This document shows, piece by piece, positions 36,726 to 50,319 of a DNA stretch of 64,000 nt. The notes beneath the pieces are model-generated. The model saw only the letters and a program-made list of their open reading frames with translations. It was not told the origin of the DNA and ran no database searches. Source of the stretch: Eledone cirrhosa. Its lineage: Eukaryota. The stretch's first letter is position 1. Every line of letters begins with the position of its first letter. The translations under genes were made by a program, and so were the position numbers. The DNA lies in contig CAXHJY010001155.1 of NCBI GenBank assembly GCA_964016885.1, forward strand, positions 132,568 through 196,567, given 5' to 3'.

Positions 36726-39700
36726 AAATAAACAGTCACTGTCAAACGAAATGGCTTCCTTATGATATCTATACCGTCTTATTGCATTATGAGTTCAAAC
36801 TCAACAGCGGTAAAATATGTCTTTCAGCCTAGGATGAGGAGTCGATAAATAAAGTTCCAGTCTAGAAAGGTAGAACAGCAAGATCAATAGAACATTGGAT
36901 AGGGTGGTTCCTGATGCTAATTACAGCTTATGTTGTGAGTTCAAATCCCTCTATGGCTTAATTGAGTAGAAGACATAATTTTTTGCCAACACCTGCTTTT
37001 GGGGTGCCTTTAGCATTCAAACCAGAAAGAATTCTCTCAACTCTTTCTGTTTAAACAGGCTGTGACTGGCCACTCATACTGATGTTAAGGTATTGTTCTC
37101 AAAATAAATAATATCAAAATTTTATGGATTCCATATTAAGAAAATATAATAGTAAATATAGAGTAATGTAAATGCTAAAGCGTTAAAACAGTAAAATATA
37201 ATAGTAAATATAGAGTAATGTAAATGCTAAAGCGGTAAAACTCTATAGCAAGTATTCAGGCCAGGTCTGCAATTTGAGGATACCTTTCTCCCTCTCACCA
37301 GTCACAGTGGCCTCTAGACAGGGTCTTGGGCACTGCTGCTTTCCTCCTTGACTAAACAGTAAAAACCAGCAACAAAAAACTAATAATTTATTAACGATAA
37401 ACTAGTGTCCTTCTACAAAAGGAAAGAAACAAATGGAGGGATGCTGTACTGCAGAGAACTCATCTAAGCTATGCAAGCATGAAAAGATAAATAAAAATGA
37501 TGATGATGAAGACAATCTGATAATAAAGCAGGCCTGAGAGATAGTGGTATTAGCAGAATATTATCTAATCTTATAATATTAATTATTTCTTTATGGTATA
37601 CCTTATTATTAATTTATTAAAGTCAACCCATAAAAATCTGAACTGGAACACATTGTTGCCATTAAGTTACCTACATGTTGCTGATAACAAAAGATGGTGG
37701 TGATAGTGGTGATAACTAATAAATCTTAATCTTACTTGAGCATTATAGATGGTCATTAATCATTTGAAAGGGTTTAGTGATATGATTAAGTTCTCCATTA
37801 ATAAGCTGGTGTTTGGAACATAACTTAATAAAGCTTTATACATAAAACTATGATGAAAGCTCTTTACAAACAGTTTCATATTGCAGAACCAGGAGTAGTT
37901 TCAGGTAGTTTGATATCAGAAGGTTTAAGAGGGTGTTTGGTACATAACTTAACAAAACACAAAATATATTGGTGTATTAAATATGGTGTTTGGAACATAA
38001 CTTAAAAGTTCTTACATGAAACTATGATGGAAGTTCCTAAAATAAATATAAACACTTTAACCCTTCCACAATCAATATTTCTAATGAAAGACACTGACTA
38101 TGATATTCAAATAATTTTGAAAATAATCAAAAATTTGGAATGATTTAGACATATAACTATCTTTCTCGTTATTAAGGTGATGTTTGGAGTATAACTTAAA
38201 CTTTCTCACATAAAATTATGATGAAAGGTTTTTAAATCGATTTAAACACTTTTAACCCATTAGCATTATCCGGCCAGGATTCTCTCACCTCTGATTGTTC
38301 AAACTGGCTGTAACCAGCCACTCATATTGATGTTAAGGTATTGTTCTCAAAATAAATTATATCAAAATCTCATAAATTCAATATTATGTGAGATATGTAA
38401 GATAAAGCCTTTACCACGAAAATACAATAGTATATATAGAGTAATGTAAATGGTAAAGGGTTAAACAGAAAGTAAGGTGTTAATAAGCAGAATCAGTAGA
38501 GCCTTAGGCAAAATCAAACTTTACTAGCTTAGTCATCCTTTAGAGGAGGAGGTGATAAAACAATGTACCAGCTCAGTTTCGAGAAGATTGACAGAAATGT
38601 TACCGCTTTAGCATTTACATTACTCTATATATACTATTGTATTTTTGTGGTAAAGGCTTTATCTCACATAATATTGTATCTATGAGATTTTGATATTATT
38701 TATTTTGGGAACAATACCTTATCATCAGTATGAGGGGCTGGTTACAGCCAGTTTGAACAGAAAGGGATGAGAGAATTCTGGCCAGATATGGCCAATTTAA
38801 ATGTTAAAGGAACATTTATTTCAGTTTCTTACATTGTGTGTGCTTAGTCAAACATGGTGAACTTGCTTTATAAAGAAAACTTGAAGAAATACATTTGTAC
38901 TCTTCCATGAACAAACATGTAGTAACATTTATCATAATCACCATGTAGAAATCAACATCCATCAGTTTTGACAATGAGTGTGCCAGTTGTTCATTCAACA
39001 ACCAGATAATGAAATTGATGTGGAAGTGGCTAAGCATTCCACAGATATGTAATTCTCAGAGAGCTTCAGTGTGACACTGTGTGGTGAGTGACAAAGCTGG
39101 CCCTTAGAATTACAGGTACAGTCCATCCAATAGAGACTCCCAAACAGTTTCCATCTACACAGTCATCTACACTTACAAGTCATGATCAACCATCAAAGGT
39201 TATGGTGAATGACACTTCCACAAGATGACACCCAGAATCTAATGATTGCAAAATGAACTTCTTAGCCCTTCATTTCACATGCATCTTCCACCAACTAGGG
39301 AGGGTCTTTCATCAACATGACAGCAAAGAAATCTATATATAGTACATACTTGCTTGCGAAGCCATTCAGTGGGATTGAAATCAGAACCACATGGTTGTAA
39401 ATCAAATTTCTTAATCAGCCAGCCAAGCCAACACTCATGCTGCAACAATTTTCATAGCAACATGGCTGCATATAGCAGGTTGCAGTGCATTTAGACTTTA
39501 TTATCATTGCCAGGGGCAATAATTTAAAATTTATCTTATCCATACTTAGTTGCATTGGCACAAGAATGCAGAAGATTATTGCAATGGATATTACCATTTT
39601 CCCTCTGTGCTAACTTAGTCAACTAACTTAGTTGCTAACCAGACAACTATCTGAAGAATTAGTAGTTTACACCCTATCACTATTTTCAAAAACTAAGACC

Positions 39701-41224
39701 CAGTCTATCTGTCTATAAACATCATGCAGTTATAAGTAGTAACAAGTGCTTTAAGGCCATTTTCCCCACTAAATCAGGGGACCTTTCTGGGGCAAGGTTT
39801 TACACCCAGATGCCCTTCTAAACTAGTACACCTAAATCATCCTCACATTGCCAAAAAAAATATGAACAAATCTGTCTGTAAAGAGTTATACAAGACAGGG
39901 CAGCTATAAGCAGTACTGGCTGCATATTAACAAAGTTGTTAGAGCTTAAGATATCTGTTTTGGCTCTCTGTTCACTGAGTTCAAATCCCCCTGATGTCAA
40001 CTTTGCTTTCCGTCCTTTCAGGGTTGATAAAATAAAATATCAATCGACAACAAGGGATCAGTGAAATTGTTAGAATGTTCAATGAGATACCTTGTGGTAT
40101 ATGCTCTTTATTTTATGAGTTTAAAAACTTTGGTGGTAGTCATAATCTGTCACCTAGTTTAACACCACCACCACCACCACATGATCCCTGGGTACTTTTA
40201 GCAGACTCCACTGTTATTGGATAACACAATGCTTCACCCAGTTTAATTCCACTACCTAGTACTTGGGTACCTTTAGAAGAGTCCTTTAGAATACAAACAT
40301 TCAGGATAGGTTGCAGGTTTGAAGATACTTTTCTCCCTCTCTACTTCCAACCAACCACAAAGGCTCCTGGAAAGGGTCATAGTAAAAGCAACATAATTAT
40401 GTTCTTCAACTGTTGGTCATATGGCTATGCTGAGTGTGTGTATGTGAGTTTGTGTGTATGTGTATCTGGAAAAGCAGATGTAAGGTGGTGATGATGATGA
40501 TGAAAAGACAATCAATGAAAGTCATGCCTCAGAACAATAGCAGAAATGGCAGTAGAAATATGAAGAATGTCATGAGAATAGTTTATGACTGTTGAAATCA
40601 TGTTTGGTAATGTGGAAAGGAAATGGAAAAGTAATCTACTATAACGAAAACTCTCCAAGATTAAGTTTTCTAATTAAATGAAACTTCAGTATTTGTGAGG
40701 TTGAATTGTAACAAACATTTGAAATCTCCAGTTGAAAAAAGTGTCATGCTGTAGACAGAGAAAGATGAAATAAAATATAAAATGTCAAGATTCTTGTCAG
40801 CCGAAGTTTGAAAGGAACCACTCAAAGAAATTTGACACTGTTCGAGGAAACTTTGAATGAATGCCATAGCAGTGGAAATTTATGTCAGAGGTTAAAACAG
40901 CAGATTGTATCAAGTGCCTTATTGACATTAAAGGTTACAGCATTGCTTTCTGCAAGTCTCTCTCACTCCCCTTACTACTGTTTACAATGTGCAGAGATAT
41001 AAACCAATAGTGGAGTCTATAGCAGCTGTGTACGAGAAGAATTAATAAGGAATCTAATGATTTAGAGAGACATCATAACTCCATTAAATTTCTCTTTCAC
41101 TCACTTATTTATATCATTTCCATTCTTCTAATTTTAGAATTCTATGCAGAATTGGCAAATGAAAAAAAAATGTTATATTGTATTGTCAATGCACCAATAA
41201 ATACAAAGCTGAAGTATGTTAAAG

Positions 41225-41530
41225 TGGATACAGTGTTCATTTTAATCATCTTTTACAACAGACTGGGAAACAGTATACCTTTTAGCTACCTTTTATAACA
41301 CACAGGGATACAGTATATATTTTAATCAATACTCATGACATACAGGGATACACTATACCTTTTACAACACACAGAGATAATGTATACATTTTAATAGCCT
41401 TTCATAACACACAGGGATATAATGTACCTTTTAATCACTACTTATGGCAAACGGGGATACAGTACCTTTTAGTTACCTAATATAACACAAAGGGGTACAG
41501 TTTACTTATTCTAAAAACTGGGATACACAC
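41225..41530 (+). repeat. Degenerate ~40 bp minisatellite, ~7-8 units
   Basis: Recurring ACACAGGGATACAGTATACCTTTTA-like motif. Confidence 0.7.
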
Positions 41531-42184
41531 AGATGTTTTCTATTAAATAAAATAGAATACAACAAAACAATAAAAATGGAAGGGTAATTGTTAATAAAGA
41601 CCACTGTACTGGCTAACTTTATAACTGTAAAATACACCGCTAGCAGGAAGTTAATTACAGTTTAATGAAGTTAATAAGAACACACACCATGTTAAATGTT
41701 TGCTGCAGTTTTACAAACAATGAAAGTATTTTAAGGTCATTCATCTATTAACACGGAATTCGAAGTAGAGAGAATCTCAATTAAATTTCACTTCATTAAT
41801 CAAATAAAACATCAAGAGAAAGAGAAGAACTATTGTCAGGAAAGACAATTTATTTATACTCTCGTTTCAAAGTGGCAAAATCTGTTTGTGTTGTAGCTTC
41901 TTGATCTGACAAATATTTCGTTGATGTTTGTTTTCATTTCATGTTTGTTTTCACTTAAAGATCAATTAATTACAAAACGAGGTGTTAGTTCAATATAACA
42001 GACACCAAGTGAAATTCTTATCCATCTAATTCAGCTGTTAAACATTGAAATATTTAGTTAGTTCTCATCAGCATCAGCATTAAATGTCCGGTTTCCATAC
42101 TGGCATGTATTTCTTACCACAAAGCAACATTGATAGTTTTAGTTAAATGTTGTTTAGGCTTTTTACTTAAATCTAACACAATAC

Positions 42185-42545
42185 TGGTGTTATGATAACA
42201 TGCATTCAGTACACTCAGTAAAATGGTAGTGCTGGTGTCATGATCAAATTCACTTACTACACTCTGAAGTGTTAGTGCTGATGCCATGATTAAATGCACA
42301 GAGTACATTCCACAAAATAGTAGTGCTAGTCTTATGATACTATGTACCCAGTACATTCTGCAAAGTGGTAGTGCTGGTGCCATGATAAAATGCATCCAGT
42401 ACACCTTGTAAAGTGGTTGTGTTGATGCTATAATAAAATGCACCAAGTACACTCTGTAAAGTAGTGCTGGTTCCATGATAAAATCTAATCTGGTACACTC
42501 TGTAAAAAGGTTGGCATTAAGAAGGGCATCCAACAATAGAAGCCA
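42185..42545 (+). repeat. Diverged array of the 47-bp subrepeat ending in an RTE/SINE tail
   Basis: GTAGTGCTGGTGCCATGATAAAATGCATCCAGTACAC-like units followed by AAGAAGGGCATCC. Confidence 0.75.
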
Positions 42546-44711
42546 AGCCAAACATGGAACATAAAATTGAAGATAACAATAATTTGAACTCATACCAATA
42601 CATTTTGATTTCTCACTTTAATTTAATACCACATGATACATAGTTTCTAATGGTTAGCATGAGAAAGAACAGCAGACATACAAACAGAGATTTGCATGTA
42701 TTATTATAGATTAAATTGGTAAAGGATAAAGATGTTTATTGAGGAGGAATAACTTCATAAAAGAGACTAAATTTCACGAGTTGAGAGGACACACAGAAAA
42801 AAACTTTAGTGGAGATAATTATCCAATAATACAACAAAATAGAAACAGAGCAGAAGACAAAACCCTGTAGTAGAGGTTGGTAAGGGAGAGGCAAGATCCT
42901 GTGGATCAGAGAGGTATGTTTAGCTTTTATTATTTTTTTTTTCAGAATCAATTAAAGTTATTCAATCGAAATATTCAATAGGACCCATCTTTGTTCTTCC
43001 TTCTGTGTTTTATTTGGTTGCCTGGCTGATGATAATATTTTGATTTCCAAGGGTTCTTTAGAGTTCAAAGAGGAAAAAATTCTTGGCTGATTCCAAGTAA
43101 CTTTGTGTAAATTATCATCAATAGATTTACGCCAAACTTAATTAGTATTACAAGTTGATACTGCCAGTGTTACTACTGTTGTTGCTATTACTATTACTAC
43201 TACTCAAAAAAATTGCATAAATTTCAGGGTTTAAAGAAAATAATCTCAAATATTGAAATTGATTTTGCAAACAGAATCTAAAGAATGGTATCATGAATAA
43301 GAGCCAATATCTCACTTCAATTTAGATTTGAAATTATGTGAACAAATAATATTTTTTCACAAAAATTCAAAATGAAAATTGAGAAATAAATCTTTATTAA
43401 CTTTTAAAAAAATACATACACGTAAAATTCTCCAATAATCCACAAAACCTTTATGCCATGCACACTCACACACAGATCATGAACCAATGCCAAATAGTTA
43501 TGTCGTCCCTAGAATTATACAGAGTTAGCAAATATGCTTTACACTTGTATACTGCTATTAATATTCAGGTAAACTGTGAATGAGTACGGTGGTTTAGCAG
43601 TTAGAGTGTTTAGTTCACAATTGTAAGGGTTCTAATCCCTGGACTGGGTGCTATGTTGAACATGATACTTTATTTCACATTGGTCCAGTCTACTCAGCTA
43701 AAACAATGAGTGCAGGCAGTAGGAGTAGCAGCAGAAGCAGGGAGGTAAATCTGTACCAGACTGAAATCCTATCATGTACTTTCATTTAATGATAATGAAA
43801 CCAGGGTAAGCTCTGTCCTGACGAGCATCTGGGTTTGAGACTTTAATTGAATTGAACTGAATCTAGAAAACCATGACTATTTGTTTCCTGGTTGAGCCAG
43901 CAATGTCTAATACATGTGATACCAAATGTCCTGAATAGCAGCCATGGTTCCGTGATTCAAAACTGCCCATTTTAAAGTGTTCTTCTTTACATTAATACAT
44001 TCTATCATAATTTTATGTAAGAAGTTTTGTTAAGTAATGTTCCAATCTCTGACTATGGGTCTGCTGTGATCAGGGTATGGCATGGCTAACTGGCCCATCT
44101 CTCTTCGTAATGATGCCATCCAGGTCCACACTGTAAATCTTGTTTGTGGCTCCCAAACTGGTTCCACTGTGAGCAGGGTATGATACGGCCAATCTGGCCA
44201 GACTTGTCTCATGATGTAGATGACCCATTTAGCCATGCAAGCATGGAAAATGGGCATTAAATGGTGATGTCAATGATAATGCATACATGAGTGTGTGTGT
44301 GATCATCATCATCATCATCATCACTTTATGTCCGCTTTTCCCTGAACAAGCAATGCTTGTGCTTTGAAGGTTTTTTACGTGGGGAAAGGTCTTGCACTCA
44401 ACCAATCCCACTCTCTGAGCATCGAAAACTACTCAAAAAGGAGAACTGGTCAACATCATCGGATGCTTCGAAGCCACAGGTTTTTTTTCAGAGTTTTCCT
44501 CTCATAGTACAACCTGTCTCATGGTCAGGTCATCAGCGACTAAACCGGCAACCCCACCAAGCTTGCTTGGTGAGAAGGTTGATATTTGGACACCCTGCAG
44601 GATGAAATAAAAGATCTGGCAAAGGGCGGAGGAATTCAGCAGAGTCAACGGCCATCCAAATAGTAGTATTTCTTTTTTGTTCACTTGCGAGTGAAAGGCC
44701 CCCAGTTGTTG

Positions 44712-44747
<36 letters not shown>

Positions 44748-45221
44748 GTGTGTGTGTGTGTGTGTGTGTGGTGTGTGGGTATACATACACACACACACAC
44801 ACATATATATAAATATATACATATACATACAAAATTGAAGCATATATACAGGATGCACCACCCCATCCCACAAGGGCAGAACGAAGTATTCATCCAGTCA
44901 AGTCCCCAGCCCACATTTAAGTGGTCATGGTGGAGACACAGCAAAATGTGCCCAGTCCACACTGTAAAATGGTCATGTAGGTGTCCTGACAAAAAGTACC
45001 CAGTCCACACAGTAAAGTGGTTGTGTTAGTGACATGACAAAACACACCCAGTACTCACTGTAAATGAGGTTCGCATTAAGAAGGGCATCCAGCTGCAGAA
45101 ACCAAGAAAAAATCAGTTCTGTATGTGCAAGATATGGTCACCTGACTTAGCATTGCCCACAACAGGACAACTTGTCTAACCCATGCTAGCTTGGAAAATT
45201 TGACATAAAACAAAGATGATG

Positions 45222-45252
<31 letters not shown>

Positions 45253-45805
45253 AGTATGTATGTGTGGACCAGTGGAACTGAACTTGGTACCATGTGAATG
45301 CATAACAAATACCTTTACCATACAGCCATGCCTGTTAAACACCACTGTTATTAAAATACATTGAGCCAGATGTTTTTATTTTCATACTGTGTCGAAAAAT
45401 CTGCTTGGCAAATAATTTGGTAATGATTTACGAGGAATAATACTATAATGATTTAATAGAAAATATGTAAAAACAGGTTCGGTATTTCAAATGTTTATAG
45501 TATCTTTATTTAGAGACAGATTATTGTGAAAATTTGCAATATTAGAATAAACATTTTAAATTTTAATATAATTTAGTCATTTGTACTTTTCAAGAATTTT
45601 TGTTAATGTGGTTTCATATGATTTGTTAATTCAAATGTTTATATTTTTACAGGAGGATAGATTGTTGTGAACATTTGTCATAAAGATTTTAATCTTTAAT
45701 GTGATGCAATTATAATGCTGTTTTGTACTTTTCAAGAATGTCTTGCTAAAGTGGTTTCATGCACTACAGGATGTTAAGAGTTATCATTATTTCTATTTAT
45801 TATGA

Positions 45806-45995
45806 GGGCAGTGAATTGGCAGCATCGGTAGAGAGTCAGACACCATGCTTTACAGCATAAAGTTATGGCCCTACACGTTCTGAGTTCAAATCCCGCCGAG
45901 GTTAACTTTGCCTTTCATCCTTACGGGGTCAATAAAATAAAGTACCAGTAATGCACTGGGTAATTGCTGGCCTTGTGTCAAAAGTAGAAACAATT
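45806..45995 (+). mobile_element. Full-length tRNA-derived SINE (Nin/Deu-like)
   Basis: A box TGGCAGCATCGGT, B box GAGTTCAAATCCC, (ATT)n tail. Confidence 0.85.
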
Positions 45996-47110
45996 ATTAT
46001 TATTTATTATTGAAGCACCAGTAACGTACTGGGTCAATTTAATCAACTTTCCCCTCGCCCCAAGTTACTGGCCTTGTGCCTATACTAGAAATCATTATTA
46101 TTATTTATTATTATTATTAATGCAGCAAAGAGTTACATCCCTTTATGGCCTGAGTTCAAATCCTGCCGGGTTTAACTTTGCCTTTCATCCTTACCGGGTC
46201 GATAAAATAAAGCACCAGTAATACACTGGGATAATTGCTGGCCTTGTGCCAAATATAGAAACAATTATTATTAATGGCAGCGGGTGGGTATTAAGTAGGC
46301 TTCTTTAAACATGAAATACTTTGCTTAGAAAAACTAACTTTATCTGAAATATGAAAAAAAAAAAAATGAGGAAATCAAAAAATGTTAATATTATTTTAAT
46401 TACATTTTTTTTTTAATTAATTCTTTTGATACCTGGCCACCTGGTTATTTGATTTTAAAAAATGCTTATTTTGAATTTGTTTATATTTATCTAAAACGCT
46501 TCCATCATGTAAAAACTTTTCTTATGTTCCAAACTCCAACTAAATGAGAAAGTTAGTTATATTATTAAATCATTTCAAATTCTTGGTTACTCAAAAAATT
46601 AATGGAAAATAATATGCAGTGTCTATAATTAGAAATATGTTAACAAAAGTGTTAATGGTGGGATTGTAGTAGTTGATAAATAGAAGCTTTTACTAACACC
46701 AAGAATTTTGTTAAAAAAACTAAAATTATCAAAAGATGGAAAAAAAAACATTAATTAATTAAAAATACATATTTTTTAATTAAAAAAATTAATTAAAAAG
46801 ATACTAGGTTACAGAATCGGTCATGTACTTCTACAGAGATAGAGTGTGAATCTAAACAAAACAAAAGGTAGATTATAAGCTTCCAAACTGTTTACTTTGG
46901 TAGACAATCCTTTGTGACAAAACTTCTATTTACCCCAAAACAAATTAATTGAATACAAAATTTAAAAACAAAACTAATTTACCAGTGTTTAATACAACTT
47001 GCTTGAGAAAAGAATCAGTAAACATAAATGAAAATGCATATTTAACCATTTCATTACCATATTTTTAATGAAATACACTGCTTATAATTTTCAAATAATT
47101 TTGAAAATAA

Positions 47111-49699
47111 CACTGTGTAACAAAAAAAAATTGTTTCTCTGTTCCTCGCTTGTAATCACTTTTTTTTGTGTTGCTTAGGTCCCAAATAAATAAAAAAAAG
47201 TGCTATTAAACAGTTAAAAGTTTGAGTTTGTAAAAACTCTAAGCTATTCACTAAAATTATTTGTATGCTGGATTTTACATTGTATGTAAATTTAATTTGC
47301 TTATGCTAAATGATTTTTTTATATATGTTTCAGGTTAAATTAAAATTATAAAATAAAGAGTAATACCTAAAGAAAATTATAAAAGGGCAATAAAGTATAA
47401 AATTGTTAAAAAGTGGAGTAAAGAGATTTATTGATACTGGATTTTCGCACCTTGAATAAAGGGTAAGTTGTGTTTTAAGCACACATTTTCATTAGTATGA
47501 TTAGTGTTCTTTTATATTATTTAAATATGTATTTCCCTTTCCAATATTTATTTTGTATTGCATATCAAATTTATTTTGTTTTTCAGGTTTCGATCATGAC
47601 ATTAGACTAGTAATTAAAAATGTCTTTCATTGAACTGCACTGCAATTTGGTGCTAACAATTAATTTTTGTTTTGATTACTTTAGCCTGAATTACCCTACT
47701 TATTTTATACATGTATGTTCATTTAACATGTTTTTATTTATACTTTCAGATCTATATTTTCTGACTGCATGTATTTCTATATTTTTAGAATGGCTTCAAG
47801 AGGCTCTTTCTGTTTTATATGCGGTGAGTATATAAAGAAGAGAGGCTAAAAATTCTCCTTGGAAACGTCGGTGAAGGTTTGTGAAGCCTACCAGAAGTAC
47901 TCCGGGATGCCAGTTGGGGACCAGGACAAGCACTGGGCCCCTCACTACTGTTGTGAGCACTGTAAGAAGATGCTGCGAGGTGAGAAAAGGTCCCTGAAAT
48001 GTTCCACCCCATGGGTCTGGTTAGAGCCAACAGACCACGCCACAAACTGCTTTTTTGGCATGGTGGATGTTAGCAAGCAGCGGAAATGAAAGAATGCTGC
48101 TGATGTAGATTATCCAGATCTTCCATCATCAATTGCTCCAATTCCTCACTGCTCCAAATATCCTGTGCCAGTGCCACCTGCTCCAGATGAAGTCCAAGAC
48201 AAGTATTCTGATGAAGAGGAGGGGATGGATGCTGAGGACTTGGATTACCTGCCTGAGGTACCAGAAAAAGTTCCTCACTTCCCAAACAAAAAAGAAGTCA
48301 ATGACTTGGTCAGGGATATGGGTCTGACCAAGTTCAATGCAGAGCTATTCGTCTCCAGGATGAAGCAGTGGAATTTGGTCAAGGAGGAAGTGCAGGTGAC
48401 AAGTGAGAGAAGTCGACACGAACCTTTTACACTCTTAGGCATGGCCTCTGCTTCTGCTATGATGTGACTGGACTGTTTGACATTATTGGGGTGCCATTTG
48501 TGCCCAAGGAGTGCCGGCCATTTATAGACAGCTCCACCACAAGTTTGAAGGCTGTCCTCCTCCACAATGGAAACAAGTTCCCGACACTGCCCCTAGCTCA
48601 TTCAGTCTGCCTGAAGGAAGATTGCTACAGTGTGAAAGTCCTCTTGGAAGCTCTGCAATACAACCAGTACAATTGGAAAATCATTGGAGACTTCAAGATG
48701 GTGGCTTTCCTGCTTGGACTCCAAGGAGGCTTTATAGAATCCCAATGCTTCCTTGGCCTTTGGGACAGCAGAACCACCTCTGACCACTACAAAGGAAAGA
48801 ACTAGGAGCAGCGAACAGAATTTGTAGTTGGGACCCAGAACGTCATGTGGGAGCCACTGGTTGATCCCAGGATTGTGCTCATGCCGCCACTGCACATTAA
48901 GTTGGGGTTGATGAAGGAGTTTGTGAAGGCTCTCAACCAAGAATCAGCCGCTTTTAAGTACCTTCTTGAGTTCTTCCCCAAGTTATCTGAGGCCAAAATC
49001 AAAGGTGGAATTTTTGTTGGACCTCAGATAAAGAAGGTGTTTGAGTCTACTGAGTTCTCCAATAAGCTCAATAGGATTGAGGGAACAGCATGGAACTGTT
49101 TCAAGGCAGTTGTTAAGGGCTTCCTGGGCAACTACAGAGCTGAAAACTACCAGCAACTGGTGCAGGATCAGATAAAGGCCTTTGGCGCCATGGGATGCAG
49201 GATGTCATTAAACTCCATATGCTGGACACTCACCTGGAAAAATTCAAGGACAATATGGGCGCCTACTCAGAAGAACAAGGCGAACGATTCCACCAAGATG
49301 TGAGAGAGATAGAGCGGAGGTACCAAGGCCACTACAATGAAAAAATGATGGGGGGACTATATCTGGGGGCTAGTGCGGGAATGCGACCTGGACTACAACT
49401 GCAAATCCAGGAAATCCATTCATTTCTGACGTGTATAAGTTGCTTTATAAGTGTTAGTTGTTTTTACTTGTTTGCTTTTGATAAGCTTGTGTAATAAAAT
49501 AAATATATACTCTGTTGATTTAATTATATGAACTGATAAATTTTAAAAAAATGTGTTTTTTTTTTGAAACATGAAAATTTCGAAATATCAAATTCCTGAC
49601 CACAAACCCAAACTTCTGATTAAATAATAGTGTTTTCTTATAATAATGGGATATAACCAGGAAATACACTTAGAACCGGGGAACCATAAATATGTTACA
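47111..49699 (+). mobile_element. Chapaev3-type (CMC superfamily) DNA transposon, near full length
   Basis: 5' end CACTGTGTAACA; right end ...TGTTACA, with the last bases of the TIR missing. Contains a transposase pseudogene and interrupts a MITE. Confidence 0.82.
47790..49429 (+). pseudogene. Chapaev3-type transposase with frameshifts and stops
   Basis: FCFICGEY, GDQDKHWAPHYCC, EPTDHATNCFF, NDLVRD, FIDSSTTSLKAVLLHNGN, GDFKMVAFLLGLQGG, PPLHIKLGLMK, IFVGPQI and SEEQGERFHQD, in the order expected for this family, spread over several frames. Confidence 0.88.
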
Positions 49700-50319
49700 T
49701 GGAAGGATATAATGATATAAAATATTTTCTCATTATTAAGCTGATATTTGGAAAATAAACTATCAAAGATTCATACAACTATCAAAGATTCAATATAAAC
49801 TATCAAACTATCAAAGATTCATACATAAAATGATTCTATTTTTTTTTATCTGTTTTTTTTAAAGCTGTTCACCTTATTTTTAAATTAAAAAAAAATAATT
49901 CATTTAGTTTTTTTTACTATATTTGCTCCTTATTTTTGAAAGAGCATTGTATTTGTTTTATTGATTAAAGTCTTCAGGTTGCTTTAGCAAGACAAACGAA
50001 TGATATTAACTTTTACATGAAAAACCTCCCCAAATAAAATAATTTATATCGGTTATTTGATATATCTGAAGAGAAGAAAGTAAAAGACATGACAAAAGCC
50101 ATTTTTAATTACATGTGTGAATGAATATTGCTTAAAAAATTTCTTTTAATAATAATAATATTCCTTATATGGTTTTGGTGAAAAATAATATTCCTTCTTC
50201 TTGGAGTAGATTCCAGTTCATATTACAATCACATTGGAAAAGAGTCATGTGGAAAAGAAAATGCATATATAAAAAAAATATGTTGTAAACTTATATCTTG
50301 ATATAGAAACAAGGACATG

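Noticed and set aside
40670-40867. Minus-strand exon after a strong acceptor-like site near 40749
   Set aside because: Short frame, no recognisable homology and no partner exon.
45806-45900. tRNA genes
   Set aside because: A and B boxes belong to SINE heads; no cloverleaf, and they continue into SINE body.
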